DNA from: Candidatus Obscuribacteraceae bacterium
GTDB lineage: Bacteria > Cyanobacteriota > Vampirovibrionia > Obscuribacterales > Obscuribacteraceae
Direction of reading: 5' to 3'
NCBI GenBank assembly: GCA_044229845.1
Contig: JBGASG010000016.1
Coordinates: 1 to 50,414 of the forward strand
Length of the DNA stretch: 50,414 nt
The notes below the pieces were generated by a model. It did not search any database. It had not been told where the DNA came from and saw only the letters and a list, made by a program, of their open reading frames with translations. The position numbers and the translations under genes were made by a program. Below are positions 36,848 through 44,923 of this stretch, one piece after another (the stretch's first letter is position 1; the number at the start of each line of letters is the position of its first letter).

Positions 36848-37474
36848 ATGTTTACTCCAAAAAAAAATGCATTGTCTTTTGTGTGTCTCGTGGCGAGCAT
36901 TAGCTGTGTTTGGTTTTGCGAAACTGCAGATGTCGTCGCTTCGCCCGCGCCTCCCAAAATGTCGAAGGCGTACTACGAGCAAGAGAAGTTTGAAACGAAA
37001 CTCGGTGCAGCGCTCGTATTCTATCGGGATGGAAAAGTCAGCGAGTCTGAGAAGCGCCTGAGAACCATTCTTCAGGCAACCACAAATGTCGCACGACGCC
37101 AGCAGATTATTGGCTATCTAGCGTTGATCAAATACGACTCGGGTGATCGCGATGCCGCAGCGACTCTCTTTGCGCAGGCAACCGCAAATAGAACGGTTCC
37201 TATACACTCGGACGTTTTACTGAGGTATCAAGACTATCTTCGGTCGAAAGGTCTAAAAAAGCAGGTCGAAGCACTCGATAAGCTAGCCGACAAATTTCCG
37301 CCCGCGGTCGGTACATGCACCATGAGCAAAGATGGCACGCTGCGTCTGGTGCTGCACATGATGACACCCAGTGAATACCCTCCTTCGTCGAAGGATTACC
37401 TGAGTATGCTCGGGCACGTCGGACCACTCAAGGCTGGCGGCGGCGACAGGCTGGCGCCGCCCTGGTCTGATTAG
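36848..37474 (+). CDS. Secreted hypothetical protein: TPR-like helices + small C-terminal domain
   Basis: Hydrophobic N-terminus, TPR-like helices, C-terminal VGTCTMSKDGTLRL…YPP…HVGPLK…PPW. Confidence 0.7.
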   Translation: MFTPKKNALSFVCLVASISCVWFCETADVVASPAPPKMSKAYYEQEKFETKLGAALVFYRDGKVSESEKRLRTILQATTNVARRQQIIGYLALIKYDSGDRDAAATLFAQATANRTVPIHSDVLLRYQDYLRSKGLKKQVEALDKLADKFPPAVGTCTMSKDGTLRLVLHMMTPSEYPPSSKDYLSMLGHVGPLKAGGGDRLAPPWSD

Positions 37475-37749
37475 CCCAGGCGGGAATACACTGAATATAA
37501 GCAAAAGCGTGCCACCATGGGCGGTGAAGTTTACATCCATTGAGGTCGGACCTGAATCTGCACGGGGGACAGTCCTTTTGCGCCTGCGGAGTAAACAAAA
37601 AAGTCACGAATTATTCCGGCGCCTTTCCCCCGCCGACAACTAGAGTGAGCGCAAGAGCGGGTGTCGGTACAGATATACCCTCTGAGTTCCCCGCATCGCC
37701 AAAACTGTCTGGGGCGCCACGGTCGAGAGATTGGTCAAAATCCTGGGTA

Positions 37750-38640
37750 CTAGGGAGCGCTTGTCCGCATCTCGTGGGGCACGGTGTAGGGAGGCGCAAT
37801 GGGGTAAAAGTCATCGGAAGATGATTCGTATCGCTTCAAAATCTTCTCGACGCGCCCATCATAGGTGATCTCGCGCAGTGCTACGTCAAGGAAGTCGCGA
37901 AGGTCGGTTTCGCCTGTTTTGACAGCGAGACAGTTGCCGAAAATGCGAATTGGTTTATCGGCACCAATTTGCCTCAGGGCGCCTTTGTTTGTTTTGAGAA
38001 ACTCTGCTACAACTTGTGGTTCTGCAAAAGTGACATCGGCTTTCTTGTGTGTCACGTTGAGCAGATTCTGAACGAATGGGCTCAGTTCCGGGAGCGACAC
38101 ACGTTGCGCCTTTGGAAAACTGCTCTTGGCGATCAAGTCTTCCATCGCACCGTCAATAGTTGCAATCTTCACCGATGGCGAATCAATCAAACTGATATCT
38201 CTATCGAAACGATGATCGTCCGGTCGCACCCAAGCGGTGATGGCGCTGTAATTCACCGGCACCGTGAAGAGAGCTGCTTTTGCTCGCGACGTATTCGGCC
38301 ACAATCCACCTGCAAACACATCATGCCGATTGGTTTCTAGACCTGGAAAAATTGTCTGAAACCCAACTTCCTCCACCCAGTCGATTTTGAGATTGGCATT
38401 CATGCCGATTTCTTCCATCACATCGTGGAAGATGCCGCTCAGCTTACCGGTGTTGGGATCTTTCTTGAAGTACGACGCATAGAGAAGGTAGCTGCAGCGA
38501 ATCTTGCCCGACTTGAGAACTCGTTGCAATGCGGTTTCGCGCGGAGCATTCGGGCTGACTGAGCCGACCTGGCTCTGGCAGGCAGCCAGGCACACTGCAC
38601 CGAGGACCGCGACGATAGCGAAGGCAAGAAGTCTTTTCAC
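37750..38640 (-). CDS. Amino-acid ABC-type substrate-binding lipoprotein (SBP family 3), no partner permease in the window
   Basis: GTG start at 38640 gives a lipobox LAAC; ALQRVLKSGKIR, KDPNTGKLSGIFHD, DGRVEKILKRY. Confidence 0.88.
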   Translation of the reverse strand: MKRLLAFAIVAVLGAVCLAACQSQVGSVSPNAPRETALQRVLKSGKIRCSYLLYASYFKKDPNTGKLSGIFHDVMEEIGMNANLKIDWVEEVGFQTIFPGLETNRHDVFAGGLWPNTSRAKAALFTVPVNYSAITAWVRPDDHRFDRDISLIDSPSVKIATIDGAMEDLIAKSSFPKAQRVSLPELSPFVQNLLNVTHKKADVTFAEPQVVAEFLKTNKGALRQIGADKPIRIFGNCLAVKTGETDLRDFLDVALREITYDGRVEKILKRYESSSDDFYPIAPPYTVPHEMRTSAP

Positions 38641-38711
38641 TTGGGCATTATAGACCAGCGCTAAGGCAACCTCACAAGTGGGTATCATGGTTAACGTGAA
38701 TTGTCGGTTTG

Positions 38712-39572
38712 CTAATTCTTCCTTGGGATAATCAGAACGTTGTCCCAGCATCCCAGCGTGTTGCCAGCCAGAAAGTCCACAGCGGCGAGCTTTGGGGCAT
38801 CCTTGGTCGAAACGACTCGCGGTGCGGACACTTCTTCTGTAAGTCTGCCTACGGTGCTGGTACCGGTACCACTGACCGAGAAGAAAGACGCCATGTCGTA
38901 TTTCTTCTTGAGCAGTTGCGATGCGACCTGCCACTCGGGATCGGTTTCTGCGTTGGTGAGATGCAGATTGCCGACCCAGAAGATTACTTTGTTTTTGGGA
39001 TCGGCGTCGAGAATGTCACCGATAGCTTTCGCCATGTGCGGGTCTCTGCCTTTCTCGTTGTCCCGGTTGTCGACCGCGACTATTTTGAGTCCGGCTTCGC
39101 GCGCTGCTGTCAGCAGTTTCACGAAACTTTCTTGCTTCATATTAAGGATGCCATCCAGCTTGCTCAGGTCGAGTTTGCCCGTCCGCATAAACTCGTCGAT
39201 CACAGGTTGGCAGCGATAATCCGCTTCGATTGCAAGATGGGTTGCACCAGCTTCCTTCAGCTTGGGCATCAACTCGCGAACAAAATCGCGCACCGGATTG
39301 ATTGGCGTATGCTGCTCGCCAATGCCGACGATGCGATTCTTCTTCACAGCGTCCACGAGCGCCTCGCCCGCGTCTTTGCTCTTATCCTTAAGTTCTGCGC
39401 GGACGGCTTCGATGCTCTGCGCGTCAAGATCGCTTCCGTCCAGTCCCCTCTTTGAGCTGTCCTTTTCCCTGGCGTCGGCGGTGGTGAATAACCAGTCCGC
39501 GACCGAGGGCGAGGGTAAAGCCTGGTCGTCCGACTCTAGAACTGTCCGCGGTGCGTCATTTGTTGGCGGCAT
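38712..39572 (-). CDS. ChaN/EreA/TIKI-fold protein with disordered N-terminal leader
   Basis: IVGIGEQH, HLAIEAD, LKIVAVD, RDPHMA, VIFWVGNLH; GGGAG RBS before ATG 39572. Confidence 0.78.
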   Translation of the reverse strand: MPPTNDAPRTVLESDDQALPSPSVADWLFTTADAREKDSSKRGLDGSDLDAQSIEAVRAELKDKSKDAGEALVDAVKKNRIVGIGEQHTPINPVRDFVRELMPKLKEAGATHLAIEADYRCQPVIDEFMRTGKLDLSKLDGILNMKQESFVKLLTAAREAGLKIVAVDNRDNEKGRDPHMAKAIGDILDADPKNKVIFWVGNLHLTNAETDPEWQVASQLLKKKYDMASFFSVSGTGTSTVGRLTEEVSAPRVVSTKDAPKLAAVDFLAGNTLGCWDNVLIIPRKN

Positions 39573-39779
39573 GGTGGTATCACTCCCTGGATTGCTCCCT
39601 TCCTGCCGGCAATACAATTCTAATTGAGGCGTGATAATCTGCTATGTCGAATCGCACGGAGCTAGGTGCGTTATAACGTACCGGCAGGGTGGCAATGTCC
39701 TGAGCACAAAAGTGTGATAGCCGCAATGGCACCCGGCTTGGTAAACTAGCTGAAATTGACGGGTTGTAGGTTATCGGTT

Positions 39780-40817
39780 ATGCGGCACATTATTTGCTCA
39801 TTGGTGCTCTCCGGCTTGGCGACGGTTGGAGTACTACAGCCCGTTGCATTCGCCGAAAGCGGTGGATTGCCGTCCGGCGATGCCGGAAATAACGCGTTCG
39901 CCGAATTGAACAGCAGTTTCATCAATAGCTATAGCGCTCTTGCAGACCGAAATCAGAGGGCAACGCGACCTGTCTTGATCGCGAGCGGTTCCACATGGGA
40001 ATTGCTTTGCGAAGATGGGTCGGTGAAGACAGCTCCGCCAGCCAACCCGGTGGAAATGCAACTCAAGGCGACGGCGCATGTGTGCGCCTACCTGTATTCG
40101 ATTTGCGAAACGCACTGGCGCGATCCCAAGGACGAAGGCTGGAAGGACTCGATGCGTACCGCACAACAAAGGCTGGAACAGGCGCTGGCGCAGGTCGATA
40201 AATCGAGTTGGTCGAGCCCCGCCTGGCCAGGCGGCGAAGATAAGTTGAGGGAATTTGTTCGCGAATCGTTGCGCAATGCGCGCGATTTTGCGGCATCTGC
40301 GCTGACAACTAACGAGGTAAGTCGACAGGACTTCGACCGGTTTGCCACCAAATACACACCGACTATCCGAGCGTTGTTTTATTTGAACAGCCTCTCCAAT
40401 GTGTTTGATCTATTGAAGGTCTTGCGCCAGTGGAAGCAGGAAGTGGGACCTGACGCGTGGAGCCGTTTGAGGGTGGTGATTGCCTCGGGCAAGGCGCGAT
40501 CGACCGCGGGTTTGACACCCGATACCAATCCGGCGGCTGTAATCGTGACCAGCATGATGGACCCGGATAAGGCTAAGGCGAATCTTTTGATGTCGCCTGG
40601 TGCCACTAACGACGATGAAGCTTTGTCCGGACTGGCACTGGCACTAACATCGTACAAGCTGGCCGATCTTTTTAAGGACGATCCCAATGCGAAGTGGTAT
40701 TACGAGTCGCTCAAGCAGCCGGCTATTCCTGTGGCACTAGATCCGGTGCGCAGCGCTCTCAACGATTTGCTTGCCGGAAAGGCGCACGACCCAATTCTCG
40801 GTCTCGGACCGAAGTAG
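39780..40817 (+). CDS. Secreted hypothetical protein
   Basis: Signal peptide MRHIICSLVLSGLATVGVLQPVAFA; long helical ORF with no motif recognised. Confidence 0.8.
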   Translation: MRHIICSLVLSGLATVGVLQPVAFAESGGLPSGDAGNNAFAELNSSFINSYSALADRNQRATRPVLIASGSTWELLCEDGSVKTAPPANPVEMQLKATAHVCAYLYSICETHWRDPKDEGWKDSMRTAQQRLEQALAQVDKSSWSSPAWPGGEDKLREFVRESLRNARDFAASALTTNEVSRQDFDRFATKYTPTIRALFYLNSLSNVFDLLKVLRQWKQEVGPDAWSRLRVVIASGKARSTAGLTPDTNPAAVIVTSMMDPDKAKANLLMSPGATNDDEALSGLALALTSYKLADLFKDDPNAKWYYESLKQPAIPVALDPVRSALNDLLAGKAHDPILGLGPK

Positions 40818-40945
40818 CGATTCGATTTGGCGGTGGTGCGTGTCGCTGCCTGGAAAAGTGTGCCGGAAGGCCGGGATTGTCATGGGGTAGGATTGGGAAG
40901 GCGGCATCAGCTTAAAAGGCACGACCGGCGTGCTTTGGTCTCCCA

Positions 40946-41164
40946 TCACAACCAGCCGAGACGACTCAGGAAGATGACTTCGCCCCGAGAATCCAGCATG
41001 CGAATCTCCACATAATCCTCGCCATCGTCTTCTCGATACGCTTCCCAAACCTCGATGTTTTTCACGCGTCGTTGATCGAATGCTTCGGGCATGTTCAATT
41101 CGTCTGCCCTCTTCTCAATAAACCGCGTGATTTCATCGCCTTCGATTGTCCGGAATTTTTTCAT
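40946..41164 (-). CDS. Small hypothetical protein (72 aa)
   Basis: ATG start with AAGGA upstream, globular charged composition, fills an intergenic gap. Confidence 0.65.
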   Translation of the reverse strand: MKKFRTIEGDEITRFIEKRADELNMPEAFDQRRVKNIEVWEAYREDDGEDYVEIRMLDSRGEVIFLSRLGWL

Positions 41165-41223
41165 TGATCTATGGTCCTTGCACGTCCTAGAATGTGGATG
41201 TCTCGGCCATCATACAATGTGTC

Positions 41224-41697
41224 ATGAAACCCAAAATTGTCACGGGCGATCTCTTCGATCAGCCGGTCGAATGCATCGTTAACTCCTGGAACCGCAACAT
41301 CGTCCCGCCCTGGTTGATGGTGCCGCATGGCGTATCCGGTGCCATGAAGAAACGCGCGGGCAAACAGACTTTCAAAGAATTGAGAAGCAAAGGTCCATTG
41401 CAACTCGGTGAGGCAGTTGCCACCGCGCCGGGCAATCTGACGCAGTATCGCTGCATTATTCATGTCGCATCCATCGACCTGTTCGCAAATTCCAGCGAGA
41501 GCGCCATTCAGGACTCAGTCAAAAATGCGATGAAGCTAGCTCAGCAAATGGGAATCAAGTCAATCGCGTTTCCGATGCTCGGATCGGGTTCGGGGCGCTT
41601 TCCTCCGGAACGGGCCGAGGAATTGATGATCGAAACGCTCGCGCAACTCGAGTATCCCATCGAAGTGACACTGGTTCGGTTTGATGGTAAGCACTGA
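41224..41697 (+). CDS. Macro domain (ADP-ribose binding/processing) protein
   Basis: IVTGDL, CIVNSWN, GVSGAM, GEAVATAPGNL, IIHVA, SIAFPMLGSGSG. Confidence 0.92.
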   Translation: MKPKIVTGDLFDQPVECIVNSWNRNIVPPWLMVPHGVSGAMKKRAGKQTFKELRSKGPLQLGEAVATAPGNLTQYRCIIHVASIDLFANSSESAIQDSVKNAMKLAQQMGIKSIAFPMLGSGSGRFPPERAEELMIETLAQLEYPIEVTLVRFDGKH

Positions 41698-41752
41698 ACT
41701 GGCATGTATGCTTTCTGGTGATGTCTTCGATGGCTATGGAGAAACAATTACC

Positions 41753-42622
41753 GTGCACGTTTTGAAAAATGCGTTGCTAATTCTAACAAGTCTGGGGGTA
41801 GTTGCAATGAACGGAGATTCGGCGCACGCCAAAGCTGCTTATGCGGGCAGAAACCAGATGATTGACTGCAGCGAAATCATTGCTGTCGTCGAGGTGAAAT
41901 CGGTAATCAAAGTGCAGGAGCCTGGACAATCGTCGGGAAGGACGTACAGTCAAAAGGCAACCATGGTTCCGCTCACAATTCTCAAGGGAGGGTTGCCGAA
42001 AAGCAGCACTGCATATGGTGGCGAGAATTTTATCTGTGCTTCATGCAATTTCGAGCCCGGAAAATTCCTCGTATTTCTCAACCACGATGGGCAACTCCTT
42101 ATCGGCTCCAACTGGCATTTGAGCATTCGTCCGATCAAAGCCGATCAGTTAGATTGGTACGACGGTGAGAAGATGAATCCGCTTCGTGCGGCAAAGCTCA
42201 GCGATGTCCTGGCGCAAATAAGAAGTGAGCTGGGCAGCCCCGGCGACATGAAACACCTGCCGACCGACTTGCGAACGCTGGCAACAGCAGAATATCTGGA
42301 CACCGGCGAAGTCGGGGAAGCTCCTGCACCATCGCCCGTCTGGCAAGCGTTCACTCGAGCTCAGAAAAGCAAAGAGTACGCCGACCAAAAACAACTCATG
42401 TATCTTTTCAAAAATGGCACACCTGCGGGGCGCTTCTACGCGTCAATGCTTGTCTATCACCTCGATAAGGAAGCTGGTAAAAAGCTGCTGTCCATGCTGT
42501 GCACAAGCAACGGCACGGTGAATGTCCAACACGGATGTCGAGTCACGACGGCGGGGGTTTGGCAAGTCGCTTCCGACCTCTACTCCAACTCGAAGTATCT
42601 GAGTCTCAAGTTGGATCCGTAG
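41753..42622 (+). CDS. Secreted hypothetical protein (OB-fold/TIMP-like N-domain + helical C-domain)
   Basis: GGAG RBS before GTG 41753; signal peptide ending AHA; SEIIAVVEV…LKG…FEPGKFLVFL pattern. Confidence 0.7.
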   Translation: MHVLKNALLILTSLGVVAMNGDSAHAKAAYAGRNQMIDCSEIIAVVEVKSVIKVQEPGQSSGRTYSQKATMVPLTILKGGLPKSSTAYGGENFICASCNFEPGKFLVFLNHDGQLLIGSNWHLSIRPIKADQLDWYDGEKMNPLRAAKLSDVLAQIRSELGSPGDMKHLPTDLRTLATAEYLDTGEVGEAPAPSPVWQAFTRAQKSKEYADQKQLMYLFKNGTPAGRFYASMLVYHLDKEAGKKLLSMLCTSNGTVNVQHGCRVTTAGVWQVASDLYSNSKYLSLKLDP

Positions 42623-42636
42623 GAGGCTTCATTGGT

Positions 42637-43947
42637 ATGCCGACCCCACGAGAAACTTCAGCAAGAAACACAAAGCTGTGCACTGGACTTGCCCTGTGCT
42701 TGTTGATGACCTCGTCGACCGCTTGCCTGGCGCAAAATAGAATGGGTGAACGAATGAGTCCGAGGCAGGTCTATGACAAGGCTTGGAACCTGATTAAGGA
42801 TAGCTTCTATCTGCAGACCTTCAGCACGCCGCCGGCGCAGCCTCAGAACTGGAATCGGTGGCGTCATCGATATGACGGCAAATTGGAAACAGAGGAAGAC
42901 GCTTACAAGGCGATTCAGACGATGCTTCTCAGTCTTGGGGATCCGCAGACTGAATTCATGGGTCACGATGCGTTCGGAGAAGAGAAGTCCCTGATTCAGG
43001 CACATTTGTTTGGTGTTGGAGTTGAGCTTGGACAGAACAAGCAAAATAAGATTGTGGTTGTAGGCGTATCTCCGGAGGGCTCCGCGGAGCGGGCTGGTAT
43101 TCGCTCGGGGGACGAAATAGTCGACGTTGATGAGCAACCCGTTCAAGGCATGACCCTCGACCAGATAACAAAACAGATTCGTGGGGAGAGAGGGACTAAG
43201 GTGAGCCTTGGTCTAGTTCGCGGTTCTGCTAAGCACACGGTGTTGGTGACTCGTGCCGCAGTTTCTGCCAGAGCCGTGACCAACGCTTCCATATTGGACT
43301 CTGGTCGCGACGGGCAGAAGCTGGGTTACATTCGTTTTGCTAGTCTCTCTTTGCCTGGTTGTGGTGACGAGATGCAGAAGGCGTTGTCGAAACTTCAAAG
43401 CGAGGGCGCGGGCGGAATTGTCCTTGACTTGAGAGATAATTCCGGCGGACTACTTGCAGCAGCTGTCTCAATTGCAGACATGTTTATCGATGGTGGTGTT
43501 CTCTTCATTACAGTCGATTCCGATGGCTACAAAAACGTGCAGTTAGCCACGAGTCAGAAGAGGAAAGTGACACTACCAATGGTGGTTTTGATAAACAATA
43601 AAACGGCGGGTGTCAGTGAGCTGCTGGCCAGTTGTCTACGCGACCGCCAGCGAGCAATCTTGATTGGTGAGAAAACAAAAGGCAGAGGACTGGTCGCTGC
43701 AATTAATCCTCTTGGAGATGGTTCGGGAATTAATGTGTCGATTGCGACGTTGCTAACTCCTTCGGGAGCGGAAATCAACAAGGTCGGTGTCTTGCCCGAT
43801 TTGCCTGTCGTGCTGAAAGGCGAGGATTACAAATCTGGCAAAGGTCCATGGTGGAGCGACGTTGCTTCAGGGACGCCGGACGCGGGAAAGGATGTCCAAC
43901 TTAGCAAGGCTGTTGAAGCTTTGTCGAAGCAGATGCAGAAGCGATGA
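42637..43947 (+). CDS. S41A/CtpA-family PDZ carboxyl-terminal protease homolog with substituted catalytic dyad
   Basis: AGGAGG RBS; PDZ FGVGV, LGYIRF, LDLRDNSGG; TAGVSE in place of (S/T)ASASE and TKGRG in place of TxGKG. Confidence 0.9.
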   Translation: MPTPRETSARNTKLCTGLALCLLMTSSTACLAQNRMGERMSPRQVYDKAWNLIKDSFYLQTFSTPPAQPQNWNRWRHRYDGKLETEEDAYKAIQTMLLSLGDPQTEFMGHDAFGEEKSLIQAHLFGVGVELGQNKQNKIVVVGVSPEGSAERAGIRSGDEIVDVDEQPVQGMTLDQITKQIRGERGTKVSLGLVRGSAKHTVLVTRAAVSARAVTNASILDSGRDGQKLGYIRFASLSLPGCGDEMQKALSKLQSEGAGGIVLDLRDNSGGLLAAAVSIADMFIDGGVLFITVDSDGYKNVQLATSQKRKVTLPMVVLINNKTAGVSELLASCLRDRQRAILIGEKTKGRGLVAAINPLGDGSGINVSIATLLTPSGAEINKVGVLPDLPVVLKGEDYKSGKGPWWSDVASGTPDAGKDVQLSKAVEALSKQMQKR

Positions 43948-44122
43948 AGTGCTGATCGTTTGCGGATACGCAGATCCACAAGATTGTTCGCCTCCAGTTG
44001 CGCTCTTGATAAAATAGAGTCCAATGATACTGAGTTACGGGTGGTGTCGCTTGTTTTAACTGATGACGGAGATCAGAGCATGCTCAAGTTCAGGTACCGA
44101 ACATCTAACGGACTAACCAACT

Positions 44123-44322
44123 GCTCTTTGTTCTCCGCAAGTATGGAGGCAGAATGCTGAACTGAAGCGTGCCCTCTCGATACCCGTGCGCCGATCCGCT
44201 ACTCCCGGCGCTTTGACTGGGATGTCACCGATGCCTGTCTGGATTGTGCGTTCTGGCAAGTGACCATTCCGTGTGACCAGGCGCTTGCCAGAAGCGTCGC
44301 GCGCGTCCGCGTGCTTCTCGAT
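44123..44322 (-). pseudogene. IS256-family transposase N-terminal remnant (frameshifted)
   Basis: Minus strand reads GKRLVTRNGHLPERTIQTGIGDIPVKAPGVADRR…RFSS / frameshift / ILPPYLRRTKS. Confidence 0.88.
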
Positions 44323-44470
44323 TTATCGGCCATGGCGCAGCGATACCAGATGGCAGTCATTCAGCTTTTTCTTTCAGACGCGAAATGTGAACCCCTGGAA
44401 GACACAGCAGAAGTTTTGATGAGTACATATCTTTAGTGAACCAGGAGGCTGGAAGGCACGAAGCGACCTG

Positions 44471-44914
44471 TCAACCCGGCTCCGCTTCGCTCGTCAGCGT
44501 TAAGATCATATTCCAAAACGGCTCATCATCGAAGCTTGTACAGGACGCCTCATAAAGACATTCGGCGGCTGCGTCGATATCGCTCTCATTCGCGGCGAAC
44601 GATAGCGCGTAAGCAGCATTTGCCTCGGCTGCCATTAAAGCGACATCCTCTGCATCGGAATCTTCCGCTGAGCTGGCGTCTAAACAACTGCGATCGAGCT
44701 GTTCTGCTCTTTCCGTCAAAGCCGTCTGCATGTCGGCTGATAACGTTTCGCCGCGCGACATGATCTCAAAGGTGCTGCGCAGCAACACGTCCTGTGTTCC
44801 GCTCTCGTCTATTGCGTGCCGGCAAGCTGCCAAAACGATTTTTCTTCGCGCGGTGGCGGGCAGTGATTTGATCCTGCCCCACAGTTTTGATGCGAATGTA
44901 TCGAGTCTTGTCAC
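44471..44914 (-). CDS. Small acidic helical hypothetical protein
   Basis: 147-aa ORF starting 9 nt after the stop of the upstream TPR-caspase gene, with GAGGG RBS. Confidence 0.72.
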   Translation of the reverse strand: MTRLDTFASKLWGRIKSLPATARRKIVLAACRHAIDESGTQDVLLRSTFEIMSRGETLSADMQTALTERAEQLDRSCLDASSAEDSDAEDVALMAAEANAAYALSFAANESDIDAAAECLYEASCTSFDDEPFWNMILTLTSEAEPG

Positions 44915-44923
44915 CAGTCACCC

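Noticed and set aside
38678..38686. GTGGGTATC as another copy of the putative promoter motif
   Set aside because: It is on the plus strand, while the neighbouring genes are on the minus strand.
38641..38934. N-terminal extension of the substrate-binding protein ORF
   Set aside because: It overlaps the ChaN-fold gene in another frame; the lipoprotein signal starts at GTG 38640.
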